Source of the DNA: Chromera velia
Lineage: Eukaryota
Reading direction: 5' to 3'
NCBI GenBank assembly: GCA_018398765.1
Contig: JAHBMJ010000240.1
Coordinates: 1 to 52,841 of the forward strand
DNA: 52,841 bases
Shown here: one piece after another, positions 35,886 through 48,839 of the stretch
How positions within the stretch are numbered: position 1 is the first letter of the stretch
Layout of the letters: every line of letters starts with the position of its first letter
Translations under genes and position numbers: made by a program
Notes under the pieces: generated by a model
The model's database searches: none
Told to the model about the DNA's origin: nothing
What the model saw: the letters and a program-made list of their open reading frames with translations, nothing else

Positions 35886-36900
35886 AGCGTGAAGGGAAAG
35901 AGGGAGGGCGAGAGGAAGGCTTGAAGCGAAGTCTCAGAGAGAGGGAGGGAGGGAGGGGAAAGGCTCTATCCCCTCTCATGAACATGTCATGACATGAGGC
36001 ACATGAGCATACGTGTGCTGTCTTTTAGCTATTACAACTCTGAAATCAAGAATGAATACCTCGGAAGTTAAAAATGGAAGCAAACTAGAGTGCAAAAGGC
36101 AGAGAAAGAGAGAGGAAGGAACCTTTAAGTTAGAGTCCGTCATGATGGAAGCTGAAAAAAAGCTATATTTCATGGAAGAAAGAAAGAAATACCCGAGAGT
36201 CAAAATAACCACGAGGTAAAAGGATTCACATCAATCAATCAATCAATCACTATGCCAGTGACTAGGCTAGTGAGAGACTGTACTTCATTATGATTATAAT
36301 TTTTAAAATTGTTATGAAGTTTGTATAATCATTATGACTCAAACAATGATAAAAGGCGAATGAATTATCGATTTTATGCATCATATCTTCTGCTTATCAT
36401 AGGATTAGGAATTTAAGATTAGGATTTATATGTTTCATAAAGCGGCTTATGCTACTTAGCCTGAATAGTAGTTTTTGAATATAGTAACTAGAATAAAGAA
36501 CCAGTTCTTACTTCATATAGATCCCAGTATATCATCCCACATAATTTTTTACATCCTATAATTGAGTTTTTATTAACTTTTTTGGCCCAAAAACTTAAAA
36601 AAATAATTAATGGTAATAAACGGAATATGGCATAGATTATGTGGCTAGGCCTATCATTGATTATAATGATGACTCGGATGAGGAATCAGACTGTCATTGA
36701 GGATGAACAAAAAAAAAATTAAAGCTAATTAAAGCAAATTCTCGTTTTGTTTTGTTTCGTTTTTTGCTAACAATGTTAGGTGACAAACAACTGTTGTTCA
36801 TTTTAAATTTAATTTTATATTATTTTACGTATATACGTAAATGTCTACACTATGGATTATCCTTAATATATTTTTTAAATATCGGGCATGCTGTCACAGA

Positions 36901-38881
36901 TCACGTGACTCCTTGTATTGTCTGCAATGCCGGCTTTTTATATGAAGTGCCAACATTTCTTCTTTTACTGTTTGATCTGGATGCAAAAGGCGCAGAATCC
37001 AGAAGCATCTCAGACTTCCGCTGATGAAGAGGAGGGCATTTTTCTTCATGGTACAAGTCTACATCACTGGCGGCAGTAGAGAAGTTGCTGCCAGAGGCCG
37101 GAGGATCCAGAGGATTCCGAAATACCCCTCTCAAGCTTTCTTTCAAAGTATCAGGAGGGTCTGTTGTCAGATTCTCAACCACACCTGACACAGAGGGAGT
37201 ACTGCTCCCACCACTACTGCTCTCATGATCTGTGTGTTGGATGGAAACATTTTGCTTCCTCATGTGCTTCGCTCTCTTACTGGGCGTCTTCTCAAATCGC
37301 GGAGGGTCGTTTGAATCCTCCATCTCCCCCTCACTCAGGCGCAGCAACGAAGCCGTTCCCGTCCTTCCCTGCCTCGGTCCACTCTTCTTCTTCACAACGG
37401 TGCTCAACAGGAAAATCCCTGCTTTCTCACTTTCCTCACACACACTAAGGGTCTCAAAGCAGTCCCTTGTGACCTCGTCTGATTGCTCCCATTCGATTTG
37501 CCTCTGTGTCGTTGCTCTGACATCTGCGACAATCTCACCAAGCCTCAACGTCTTACTCTCTTCCCGATCCACTTCGCCAAATGCCCCCTCCTCTCCCCTC
37601 TTTCTCTCTCTGCTGAGTAGGTCAATTTTTTCTGACAGGCGTTCATGAAGTGCCTGCTGGTCACCAACCACTGCCTTCTCGGGGTCCACGCGCAAACAAA
37701 CACGATGTATTGAAAAGAGAGCCTCCAGAGACAACACAGGCGAGCCTACACCCCAGGACATCTGAGACACAGAAAGTGCAAACCAAATCTGTCTGCCGTC
37801 CAAGGGCGTGAACTCGCGTGAACCACTTTCCGGGGCCGTCTCACGGTCCAGAAAAGCGAAAAGGCTTGTCATTGCAACTGGCCAGACCCCCAAAGTGGCG
37901 GGCAATGCTCTCCGGGACGCCGCAAGTGCCGCCAGGGAAGCTGCCGACAGAGCAGCCCCTGAGATCGACCAACGATCCCCACTTATGCCGTCAGCCTTCA
38001 TACCTGCAGGGGTGGCACTTTGCAAAGGCCACGGCATGCCATCCAGGATTCGTTGACAGCAAAGGGGCGCCACGGCAAGCAGCCCCTGAGGCGCACCCCG
38101 TGCCCAGAGGTCCAATCTCGCAGCTGCGTGGAGAAAAGAAGAGAGGCTGCGCCCACCCGCACCTCGAAGTAGCGCCACTATAGGAGCACAGAAAGGGGGC
38201 GCATCAGAGGAAGAAGAAGCTCTGACGGGTGCTGAAGACCCAGAAACTCCCGAAGTCTCAAATCCCGGAGCTCCCCCCACATCGCCTCTTTCGTGCAGCT
38301 CCCCCCTCTCCTTCTCAGCGGAGCCCTCAACTGGACGACCAACACTTCTGTTACCTTCCGTGTGTACGGGCGCTTTCACCAAGGCCCCCAAAAAACTGCA
38401 GTGCAAAGGATGCAAAAGTTGAGAAAGAAATACGCAAGACAAATTCACATCTTGCAGACGCTTCTTCATATGCTCTCTTCCGTCTGCCAGCCTCTTCCCC
38501 ATTTTCTGTGTTGATCATTCAGCCTGACTGTCTTTCTATCTGCCACCTTTCGGCCTGTGCTCTTGCCTCTCTGCCTGCCTTTGTTTTTTGAGCCAGTCTG
38601 TTTGCTGCAGTCCCTACCGTTCAGGAGGCTGAATAGAGAAACGCGCGAATCCGGAGAGGATCGTGCTGATCCACACAGTCTCACACTTCCAGATCCGCCC
38701 CTCCAGGCTCTCTGCAAGCCTGCAGGGGAGAGAGCAAGCAAGACCATGCTCCAAGTGAACAAAACCCTCAACCGCCTGCTTTTCGATCCTGAGCTCAATC
38801 TCTTCAGGCTGGCACTCTTTCAGATCGGCATCCGACGGATTGACAGAAACTACCAGAGCTCACGCACACACCTACACACAC

Positions 38882-38937
<56 letters not shown>

Positions 38938-40243
38938 ACACACACACACACACACATACACACACACACATACACACACACACACAAAGACAAACGCATA
39001 AACAGATGCCCAGACAGACAGACAGACGGACCCAGGGTAGAGAATCACTGCTGCCCTCCTGCAATGGCTGAGGCTGAGAGCCAGGAAGAGTTGCGTTACT
39101 GCCTGGCAGCTGAAGTCGTGAAGGCCGAATCTTTTCACTCTCGTTCTTGTCGAAGAGGAACAGGGGACCAGACTCGCACTCTCACTCTCATTTTCATCTC
39201 CTCTTCCTGTGAGCCATTTTGCCCTTCCCGTTCGAGACCCTCCCGACACAAGCAACAGCGCTACTTTCTCAAAAGCGTCCCATACAGCCTTTGTCACTTC
39301 CCCCGTGCTTTTCTCAAGATTCGTCGCCCCCCTTCCTCCATCTTTCTGGGTGTCTGAAGGCTCCGATCTCGCTCCTCGAATGGGATCAGGGAATACCGAC
39401 AGCTCATGGCCTGAACCTTTCGTTTCCCAATTGTTCTCGTCGCAGTCTTGTGTGCTCTCCTTCCCGTCGCCTCCTGCTGGTGTGGAGGGAAATTGTGCAC
39501 AAGGACAAGAAGAAACAAATATTGGAGAAAGGGAACCGACAGAGGCCAAACGTGCACAAAAACAAACGTTCTGAGTCCACAAGAATCCCCGTGAGATGCA
39601 CAGGCAGGCAAGATTCTAGAGAGGAGGGCACACACTGTGTTTTTTATCCCCACAGACAGAGAGAGAGAGAGAGAGAGGCAAGCAGACACACAGACAGACC
39701 ATAGGTTTCTTTTGCAAACAAAGAGATCGAGAATGAGAAGATCTTTAGTCGACCAACAAAAACGAACCAAAGCTTCTTTGGAAAACAACCGAAAAGGTCT
39801 GAAAAGGCGCATCAATATTCTGCCAATGCCTGCAAAGCCAAGTTATTTCAAGGTTTCTTTATACACATACTGGCCAAACGAATACAGAAGAGACTTACAG
39901 ATAGAAGGGCAGACTGCACAACTGACGATCGGCTGGGAGGCACTCAGGCGAGATGCTCGCAAGAACGCCAAGGCCATGCATGATGATGGACAGCTCAAAG
40001 GGCTTGCACCCCTGCTCAGCCACCAGAGGAAGGTGCCGACAAGCTGCAGCCATGCAGCCAATCAAGAGTTGTAGACAGACAAGGGTTACACCAAAATGCA
40101 GCCCAACTTTTGCCAGGGTGAATCCACGGAATCCGTCCACAGGTCTGCATTTGTCCGACTCGATTCACTAGCTGCTCTGTGAAGATCGCCTTCTATTTGA
40201 GCATCTGACAGAGGGACCAGAGATGTCGTATAGAGACTCAGAG

Positions 40244-40286
<43 letters not shown>

Positions 40287-43208
40287 AGAGAAGAGAGAGA
40301 GAGAGAAGAGAGAGAGAGAGGGAGAGAGAGAGAGAGAGAGAGAGCGGGAACTTGAGGGAGAGATGGACAAACAATTATGATGGCTGACTTTCGAGGATGA
40401 AGTCTTCATGGAAGTGACGAAATCTGGAGAGCAGGGAGACACGGGCTAATTGTGAGGTCTGAAGGATGCGCCAGAAGCTTCGCATGCGACACCAAACACT
40501 TTGCAGCGAAAAAAAGGGGGCAAAGACCCACAAAACAAGGGGGGGAAACTCATCGATGAAGGACGTGTCTTAGTTGCAACTCCAGGAGACCTGAAAAACC
40601 TAGATTAGAGAGACAAACAGAAAATGCAAAACAACAAAAAGAACCAAAGAAAGACAGAAAGAAAGAAAGAAAGAAAGAAAGCACCAAACAAACAAACAAA
40701 GAAAGAAAGAAAGAAAGAAAGAAAGAGAAGGGAAGAGGTATAGGCTTGAAGGGAAACGGAAATGCCGACAAAGAAAAAAGCAAGTTTAGAAAGAAGCATT
40801 TGCCTGCGCGATTCCATTCAATGAAACAGCGATCTTGTCGCCTGTGCAGAATGCATGTTAGACCCCTCCCCTCCCTTTGACTGACCTGGCAAATGCGTTG
40901 CTTGCTTGCATTACGTCTGCCGCTGTCACCCGTCTCTCCTTCATGCGCGCCGTCATCTCTTCAGCCAACCTGTTGAGCACTCGTGGAGGGACCCGAGCAT
41001 CCAGCTGCAGAAAGAAAAAGCAATACGGTAAAGCACAAGAAATTTTAACAAAAGCCTTTCAGTCAGCCACCTTTCCTGACGCTATTTTGCATCCAAGCGA
41101 TATGGAGATTGTGGACTGAGAAACAAAAAGAAATGTGGTTTGTTTCTCAAATTGAAAAGAGAGTCTCGAAAGGTACGCACATTCAGCGAACCTGCACAGA
41201 CCTCCTCTTCTCTTCTCACCTTTGCAAGTCCATTCAATGAGTTTGCGATGTTCTGAGAGAGAAAGTCCGACAAAGACCTGCGAGTGTCGAGACGGTCAAC
41301 GAAGAACCCCACACACGCTCTCCCCAAGGAGCGCCGCTCCGCCGATCCTTTGAAAATCTCCTGCATGGGGGTAGCGAAGCAAAACCAACAGGCAGAGCAC
41401 GCAAGAAACAGCAGAGTGAAAGATTCCACAAAGGAAAAAATGTCGAGCGGCAACTATTCATCTCTATGTCTGTTTGGTAGAACACAATCAGAGGAACATC
41501 GACACAAACGGCGTAAGGAGACCTTGCCGAGAGACATCGTCGAGAGAGATGAAAAAGAAACGTAACGACATGCTGCGAGGAGCCTAGAACTGATTTCTCC
41601 ACTCGTCTTCCCTCCACCTACCGGAAACTTCCCAAATGCGTTCAGGGCAATGCCAATGTCCTGAGGTTTAAGTCTCTTCCCCCTCCTGTGATCCCTCTCT
41701 GCAGCTGCGGGAATCACGCGAGCTGCCTCGAGGAACAGTCGGGGCGCGCTTGTGTCTTGTCGTGCAAACGCGTTGAGCAGAGTGACGATGGCAGGCACGT
41801 CAAACTCGTTCATTCTCCGTGTGCCCTCAATCTCGAGAGCCTCGAAGAGGAGACGGCTGCGGAACCCGAGTTTTGCGTACGCGTTCGCACAGAGGGCGAT
41901 GCCCTGGGGGGAGAACGCCCGGAGTTTGGAGGCCGTCAGCGAAGAGAGGAGACGGAAGAGGGCCTGCAGACCGCAAGAGAGACACAGACAGTTAGATACA
42001 CGTGGGGCGGAAGTAACGACTAGGCCCTCCAGAAGTCAAGAAAATGCTCAGACTTTGTAAACAATTTGCATTCTTGTGGCACCACCGGCAGAAAAGAAAG
42101 ACAGGAACGGGAGAAAAAAGCCAGGACGGAGGCAGAAAAGAAAGCAGGAAACGGACTGTAAGGCAGTCAAAACGAAGAAGAGTGGAAGGGAACACGAGCA
42201 AGAGAGATGCATGAATAAAAAAGGGCGGAGAAGGAAAGATTGGGGGAGGAAGAGAATGTTGGATAAAAAGGACAGGCAAGGTGAAACAGAAAGGCGAAAC
42301 CAGGAAGCCGGATAAGAACAAGTGCTCCATCCCAGCTGACCACATCCTTGATCCCCAATTTCGCGTATGCGTTACAAAGAGCCGCAAGAGAGACGTCGTT
42401 GAAAGAGGAGAAGATCGCCAGCACTCGGCCCGAAACGTTTTTCTGCAGCATCTCTCTGTCTGCGTCACTCAGTTCACCAGCCCCCGTCCCTGTCAGATTT
42501 CCCAACGATGTTGCCACACGAGTAAGCTCTTCCATGTTCATTGAAGAAGTCTCCGAAACGTTCCCAAGTCTTCCCATCACTTGCGATCGAACAAACTCGA
42601 CATCCGTCTCCTCCACCGCCCCGTCTCCATCGGTTGTTACTTTCTTTCTCGCAGCCGCAAGGGCATTCACTGAGTGAGCGAGGACCTTGCTGGACACCAG
42701 GGACAGATCCCCCACGAGGTGCTTTGCAAGCGCAGAAAAGAGGGGACGATGCTGTGTTTCTGTCTGTGCAAATGCACTCGCAGTCAGACTTACGCCCAGG
42801 GCAGTCATCTTGGAAAGAGCGTCCGAGGCCATAATAGCGTCTCCGCACTTGAACCAGAAGTCTCGCCCCCCCTCCTTTCCACTCCCCCATTCACGCCTTT
42901 CCCCTTCTACATGGGCATACCCGATCTCAGCCAGGTCCTTTAAGGCGAAACCGATCGCGTCCGCACTCTTGTCTTTCGCCACCATCGGAATCAGTGTGGG
43001 GACCTGGACGGCAAGGGGGGCAACTTGCCGTCTCGCCGTCTCCAGTGCTGCTCCGGACTTTGTCTTGAAGGGCCGGCAGATGGACTGAATCTGCAATGAC
43101 ATGCGCAACACAAGCAAGGAGATAAAGTGAAGGTTGGGTGTTCATGATCCCTTCCTTTCCAAAAATGCATACAGGGAGGGTCCACACCTTTTCGAGGGGA
43201 TACGCCAT
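36901..43208 (-). CDS. Multi-exon helical-repeat protein, HPR/OPR (FAST-kinase/RAP-associated)-like, probably organellar RNA-binding
   Basis: Exons about 43208-43188, 43090-42341, 41963-41622, 41360-41203, 41003-40887 and more downstream. Repeats such as SFNDVSLAALCNAYAKLG, AFSPQGIALCANAYAKLG, EFDVPAIVTLLNAFARQ, LKPQDIGIALNAFGKF, FLSQNIANSLNGLAK. The start codon and inclusion of the 36901-38400 exon are uncertain. Confidence 0.6.
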
Positions 43209-44261
43209 ATTTCCTTTTCTGCGTCTCCATGCCAGGCGCCGGAACGTTTCTCAAGAAAACTGAATTCTCAGACTGCTTTCCATCATTTCACTCAGCAAAC
43301 TTCCAGAAATCGCTTCATCGTCCATCTTGACTCTTGCATCTGTGCTCGGCAGTGCAGGTCGTCAGTATAGTGCAAGCCTCAACTTCAAGAAGTCGCAGGC
43401 TTGGAGGGCGCGTCTCTCAGTGACTCTCGGCGTCGCGGACCCGCCCAAAACCGGGGCCACAATGGCGCCGCGCAAGGATCCAAAAAACTTTGCCAAAAAT
43501 TAACAAGTGATGAAGGGTTAAAAAGGGGGGGATATTTTCAAAAATTGACCTAAATTGACCGAGAAATTGATACAAATTTATTACAAATTGTATAAGTTGC
43601 ACCTAACAAGCAGACCTAACTTAATCTAGTAGTGCAGACTACAGTAAACAGATGGTAGTAGATGGTTTTCGTAGGTAATAAAAAGTTAGAGACCCTTTAT
43701 GAATAAAAGGCCTAATCTTTAGGTTACGATTTGTTTGACATTCTACCCTAGTAACATTTAATTCATTATAAGAATTAGTTATAAGACTATCACTCTGACT
43801 ATAGAACTTTCAGTACTATGCAACGATCTTTCATTTTTTCTGATTTGTCTTAAGATCAACGAGCCAGAATTTAAGTGGAAAATATAAGAAAAAAAAGCAA
43901 AAAAAGAACACACAACACTACGAATGAGATTAAAAGTAGTTCTATAAAAGTTGAAACCTAAATATAAAAATTGTAATTATACCACTAAGCTAGCGTTTTT
44001 ACCTAGCTATTACCATACATTCATTTATGACGATCTTTGACGTGCTTCTTAATGTGCTATCACAACCTGTACCATTCAAGATCCCCCCGGCTTTTCTTTT
44101 TTAAAAAATTAATTGATATCAATTGGTGCAAGCGTTGTCCTGGTTCGACAGCGCTAACATCGATCTACCCCTTTCCCCTCAATACTGCTGTGCCCCATGC
44201 ATGCAGGGTTGAAAGACTGGTCGTCACTACGCTCCTTACAGGCAACATGCAGGCTTCACAC

Positions 44262-47200
44262 TTATGAAGACACAGCTGCGCAAGGAAGATGGGCAGACGG
44301 AGAGGTCGAAGAGGTAGCCTTGGAGAGAGCCGAGAGGCCCTGCGCTGCCTGCCCACTTCCGCTCGCCAACGCACACATTGCCCCAAACGCTGAGGCACCT
44401 TTCTGGACTGCCTTGGAGGGGTCAAGAAACTTTGCGAGGCCGTCAGCATCTCTCTGAACGGGGAAAGGGAGGAAGACAATCTCCCCCCTCTCCAACGCAC
44501 CAGGCGCACACTTCTCAACCTCTGCCGCCACCTTCTCCCTCTCGGCCCACAGCGGGTGAGAAAGGACCGGATCTGTCTTGTCTCCATGCCCCAAGGCAAT
44601 CACCCACACCCCGTCCGTACACACGGCAGCGTTCATAGCAGGGTCCCCTTCTGAGAGGGGCTCCAGCATAAAGGAAAAGAGACCCTCACAGGGCAGCAAT
44701 TCAGGGGGGCATGCAAACTCCCCCCCCCCTGCCTGGCTCTCAACCCTCACGACCTCCTCACGAGACGAGGCATCTCCGTCCTTCGGAAAGAAGAACGCGA
44801 GGCCCGAAGTGTCCCCACCTTCTTTCTTCTCATCAGACTGCTGCACTCTCAAACTGACCGGGTGATACGGTGTCACCCTGAGTCCCCGCTCTCCTATCTT
44901 ACACAATTTCGCCACCCCCCCCTGCACGAGAGTATGCACAACCAGGGCCACACGGCCGGAGGCCCCGGAAGGCAGACGCACTGCATCTCCCTTGCGAACC
45001 ATGTCAGCTCGCTTCTCTGTGCCATCCCCCATCAACACACGGGACGCTCCGTGGACACAGGGATTGTCCACGCTGTTCAACTGGGACATGTTCGTCACCA
45101 CAATGCCTCCCGAGGGCCCCCTCCCCCCCGACCTAGTCATTGCGGGTGTGGGCATTTCAACGAGGTCGAATAGATCTGAGGCATTTGCATACAGTTCTCT
45201 GAAAACACCCCCCCCATATCTCTGCACACCAGGATCTTTGAAGTTGTTTCGCTCCTGCCGTCTGTGGGCAGAAGCAAGAGAGGAGAGGTAATGTCGGCCC
45301 CACCGACCGAAGTGCTCTTCCTGAACTGCCATCTTCACCTCTCCCTTCAAGTCTTGCAGCAGAGCACTGATAGGACCACCCCCCCCCTCCACCCCTCCCC
45401 TAGAGGTCAGAAGAGTCTCGATGGCCTCCCTCTTCTCTTCACGGAGGGAAGCGGCAGACCGCGGCGTGCGGACAGCCCCGATAGACTGTCTCAGAGTGTG
45501 GGGGTCTCTGACGGGAGGGGCAAACTCTTCTGGCATCACCTCACCCACCAGCTCCCGCACAAGCTCTGCAAACCAAGATCGCATCTCTGTCTCTTCATCC
45601 GTCTCCGTACGAATGCCCTCCATCCCTACCGGAACAGGAGGGGACCCTCCTTCTCCACTCTCAGCCAGACTGCCTATCACCATCTCCTCACCCACAACCT
45701 CCGCACCACTTTCCGCCCCTACAGGCACATACCTCACTCGTGCCCTCAGCTGCCCACTTGCGGCCGCTCCTGCAGTCACAGACAATTCACAGAACACCCG
45801 ACGCTCCTCCCCATACCCCACAGCCTCGACAGGGATGCGAATCCAACCATCCCCTCCCTCCACCGCACCTCCACTCACCGCAAGGGGCCGGAAGTCTGTT
45901 GCCGAAAGACTACCTCCCCCTGCTGCACGAACCTCAACAAACACGTCCATAGCTGCAGTTCGGAGCATATTTGCCACGGCACTGCAGAAAACAGTGCCAA
46001 TGAACCCCCCATCGGGGATGTACGTGTACCCCCCCTGGCCCCTCTTCGCAATCGCGTCCAAAAGAATCGTGTCGATCTCATTGAACCCGAAGGCCAGGCT
46101 CGACACACTCACACCATGCAGCCCCAGGCGTTTGATATGGGCCTCCATTGCCGCCTGCTCAGGACGGCTAGGCCTCTGGTTAGGCTGTCCGTCTGTGAGA
46201 AGGAGAACAAATTTCGGCCTCTGGGGATCCTCGGTGACCAAATTGTCAAGGGCGGTGCGCAGACCCGCCCAGATGTTCGTTGCCCCTTCCGTCCGGATTC
46301 TCTCAATCACTTCGTCTGCTGCTGCCTGTCCTTCTGCATCCATCCTTGTCAGGGGAAAGTTCAGGGTGGCCTTGTTGTCAAATGTAACGATACCAAAACG
46401 ATCTGCACTGCCGAGAGTGTGGGCAACGGTCTTGGCGGCATGTCGGACCAAATCCAAACGGGTCAGGGAGAGCTCCTGCCCGCCCATGCTGCTGAGAGAA
46501 CCCATAGAGCCCGAAATGTCAAGCACGGTGATTGCGGAAACGGGGGCGCGTGCCCACCCGGTTGGTCCGACTTTCTCTGGGGAGACAGAGAAGAACAGAC
46601 TGCCTGTCACGGCTTGACGGTGGGCCCTGAATTTGAGGCTGCACCTTGGAGGAGGGGGGGCGGGGGGGGAGGAGGCGCCTGCGTCCGGGTTGGGCACAGG
46701 CACTCCGTTCTGGGAACACCTGCAGATAGTTCAAATCGCAGTGAGGCAAATACACAAACAAATGCATGACCAGGGAGAAAATAGCTGCAGGAGGAGAGAG
46801 CGGGCACGGGAGAGTCTGGAGGTGAACGCAGTCAACTGAGCAGTCATTCTCCGGTTAGGGTTGACAAGAATGAGGGGGCAGGATGTCTTGGCACACATCT
46901 GAGAGGAATCCTAGTCGATCAGAGAGACGGAGTATCCGTTCGGCTGTTTTCCTTTTTGCTGTTCACTTTTCTGTCCGATCTTTTTATTTGATTCATGACT
47001 CGTGGCAGCCGCGTGCGGCTTTGTTGCACCCGTTCCTTCTTCTTGTTGGAATCCAGTGTCGCTTTTTCCCCACAACCTCTGAAACAAACAAAATTTGGTG
47101 GGGCAGAGGGACGCACAGGAAGGAGATGGAAGAAATTGTGTCATTCACGTGACTATTCCATGCGTCTGTAATCCCTCTACAGCAGCTTTGCTCCTGTTTG

Positions 47201-47893
47201 AGACTTCATGTAGGCGCTTTTTCCTTCCTAATGTCTAGTGGGTTCTCTCTCGACTGGCTTACTTACCATTCCTCGATGGCGTCTCTGATGGCCCTATTCA
47301 CCGTCAGGTTGCTGGAGTCCATTGGGGCACGCGTCATCGGGGAGGTCGAGTGATCTCGAAGCCACTCGAGGATCGCCTTCTTTTCATCTGCATACACGAG
47401 ACGAGGGAGGCAGCGGAAGGGGACAAAGGAATCGTGCACAAAAGGAAGTGCGTGGACGAATGCGGGGGCTGGAATAATTGTAGGGCGGAGAAAGACGCAA
47501 ACAGATAAGGGGAGTGCGACAGCTAGGGGAGCAAGAAAGAGAAGGAAAAGCCAAGACGAAGGTCACAGAGCGGTCAGAGACGACTGAGGAGACGTGAATA
47601 CATGAGACAGGAGAGGGCACGCTCGCACGGTTGTCGTATTGGTTGCGTCGAGACAGGCTGAAAAGGATCAGGTTCACTTGAAACAGCAGTTAGAAACAAA
47701 AAAATGCAATACATTTCAGAAATCCAGGCGCCAAACAGACTATGAACAACACAACCACCAAGAAACCAAAGCTTCGATCCTTTTTGACTTTAATTGACGA
47801 CTTACAAGTGTAGCCGTCTGGTGCCGAGACGGGAGAGGCCATCAGTGCGTGCGTGAGGGGGCACTGAAGATGTCTTGGAGGTTCTGCTGACAT
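44262..47893 (-). CDS. U-box - vWA - Vwaint - Vint (Hint-like) protein, 3 exons, 888 aa
   Basis: Exons 47893-47806, 47387-47267, 46719-44262 (phases 1 and 2 fit). U-box LQCPLTHALMASPVSAPDGYTYEKKAILEWL..TSPMTR..NRAIRDAIEEW. vWA MIDAS VLDISGSM/TNIWAGL/LLTDG. Vwaint WGRHYLSSLASAH..NNFKDPGVQRYGG. Hint NP|CVHGASRVLMGDG, LRVTPYHPV, VIALGHG. Confidence 0.9.
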
Positions 47894-48240
47894 TTTTTTT
47901 TCGAATTTGAAAAATGTGTTTTCCTTCTGTTCGATGTTGATCCGAAAAGAATTTGTGTGGGTTATGCCAATTCGAGAGGAGAAAAATCGATTTGCGCACC
48001 GGCGCCAGCTAGGAAGCAGGAGGGGGCGAAGAACTGATTGTACGTGCATTCCGGACTCAGCACGGAAGATGGTCCACAGTAGAAGACAGTTTGGCTCTGT
48101 GCCTGTGTCAGCGGAAAGCAATTTGCCTGACCTAAATTAATGAAGTGTTGACTGACTGATCTGACTCATCTGAGATCCGATTATTCGGACACAAAGTAAA
48201 ATATATATTTAAAAAAAATATTCGGACGCATTAATTAAAT

Positions 48241-48248
48241 TTTGGCGC
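48241..48248 (+). promoter_or_regulatory. Candidate E2F/DP site TTTGGCGC in the divergent promoter between the Vint gene and H2A.Z
   Basis: Exact match to the TTTSSCGC consensus, lying in a ~950-bp head-to-head intergenic region next to other GGCGC-rich motifs. The motif is short and could occur by chance. Confidence 0.3.
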
Positions 48249-48839
48249 GGCAATGGGCGGCGCCTGATCATATATGGTCCGCGGCCCCTCATGCAGAGAC
48301 GCGCCGCCGCACATAATGGCCCCGACAGTCAGAGTTGTGCGGCTTTTGCTCGACACACATGAATAGATCTGCCCTTTGAGACAGGGATGGCAAAATGGGA
48401 CCTAATAGGGTGGCAGACCAAAGGGCCCCAATCAACAAAAAGCTGCATCCTGGGAAAAATCGGACGTGCCCATGAAAAAAACAAAAAAAAAGGAAAATCC
48501 GGCACAGCCATCCCAGGAACACACACATGCGCCGAAAAGTGTATTCCGAAAGCTGTGGGCTCCACGTGGGCTCCCAAATCGCACCCATGCAGCACACCCA
48601 CAACAGCAGACAGTCAACCTCACCTCGAAAGAAGGAAAGGAATTTGTAGACTATACTCTGCTTCCGCAACAATTTCAAAACAATCAGTGGGAAATTCGCT
48701 GTTAGTTGATTGCTTTGGTTGGGGTTTATCGCTTTCCAAACGTTTCCTTCTGTTTGTAGAACCTCTTTTGCAACGCCAGCACCACTCCTGTGGTCCCATC
48801 TCTTCGCAACCTCTTTGAAACTTCTGTCGATCTTCGAGA

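Noticed and set aside
44262..45059. Canonical protein-splicing intein
   Set aside because: No C-terminal HN-C/S/T and no endonuclease; it fits the Vint Hint type instead.
45264..46769. 501-aa and 398-aa plus-strand ORFs
   Set aside because: Antisense shadows of the GC-rich vWA-Vint exon, with no motifs of their own.
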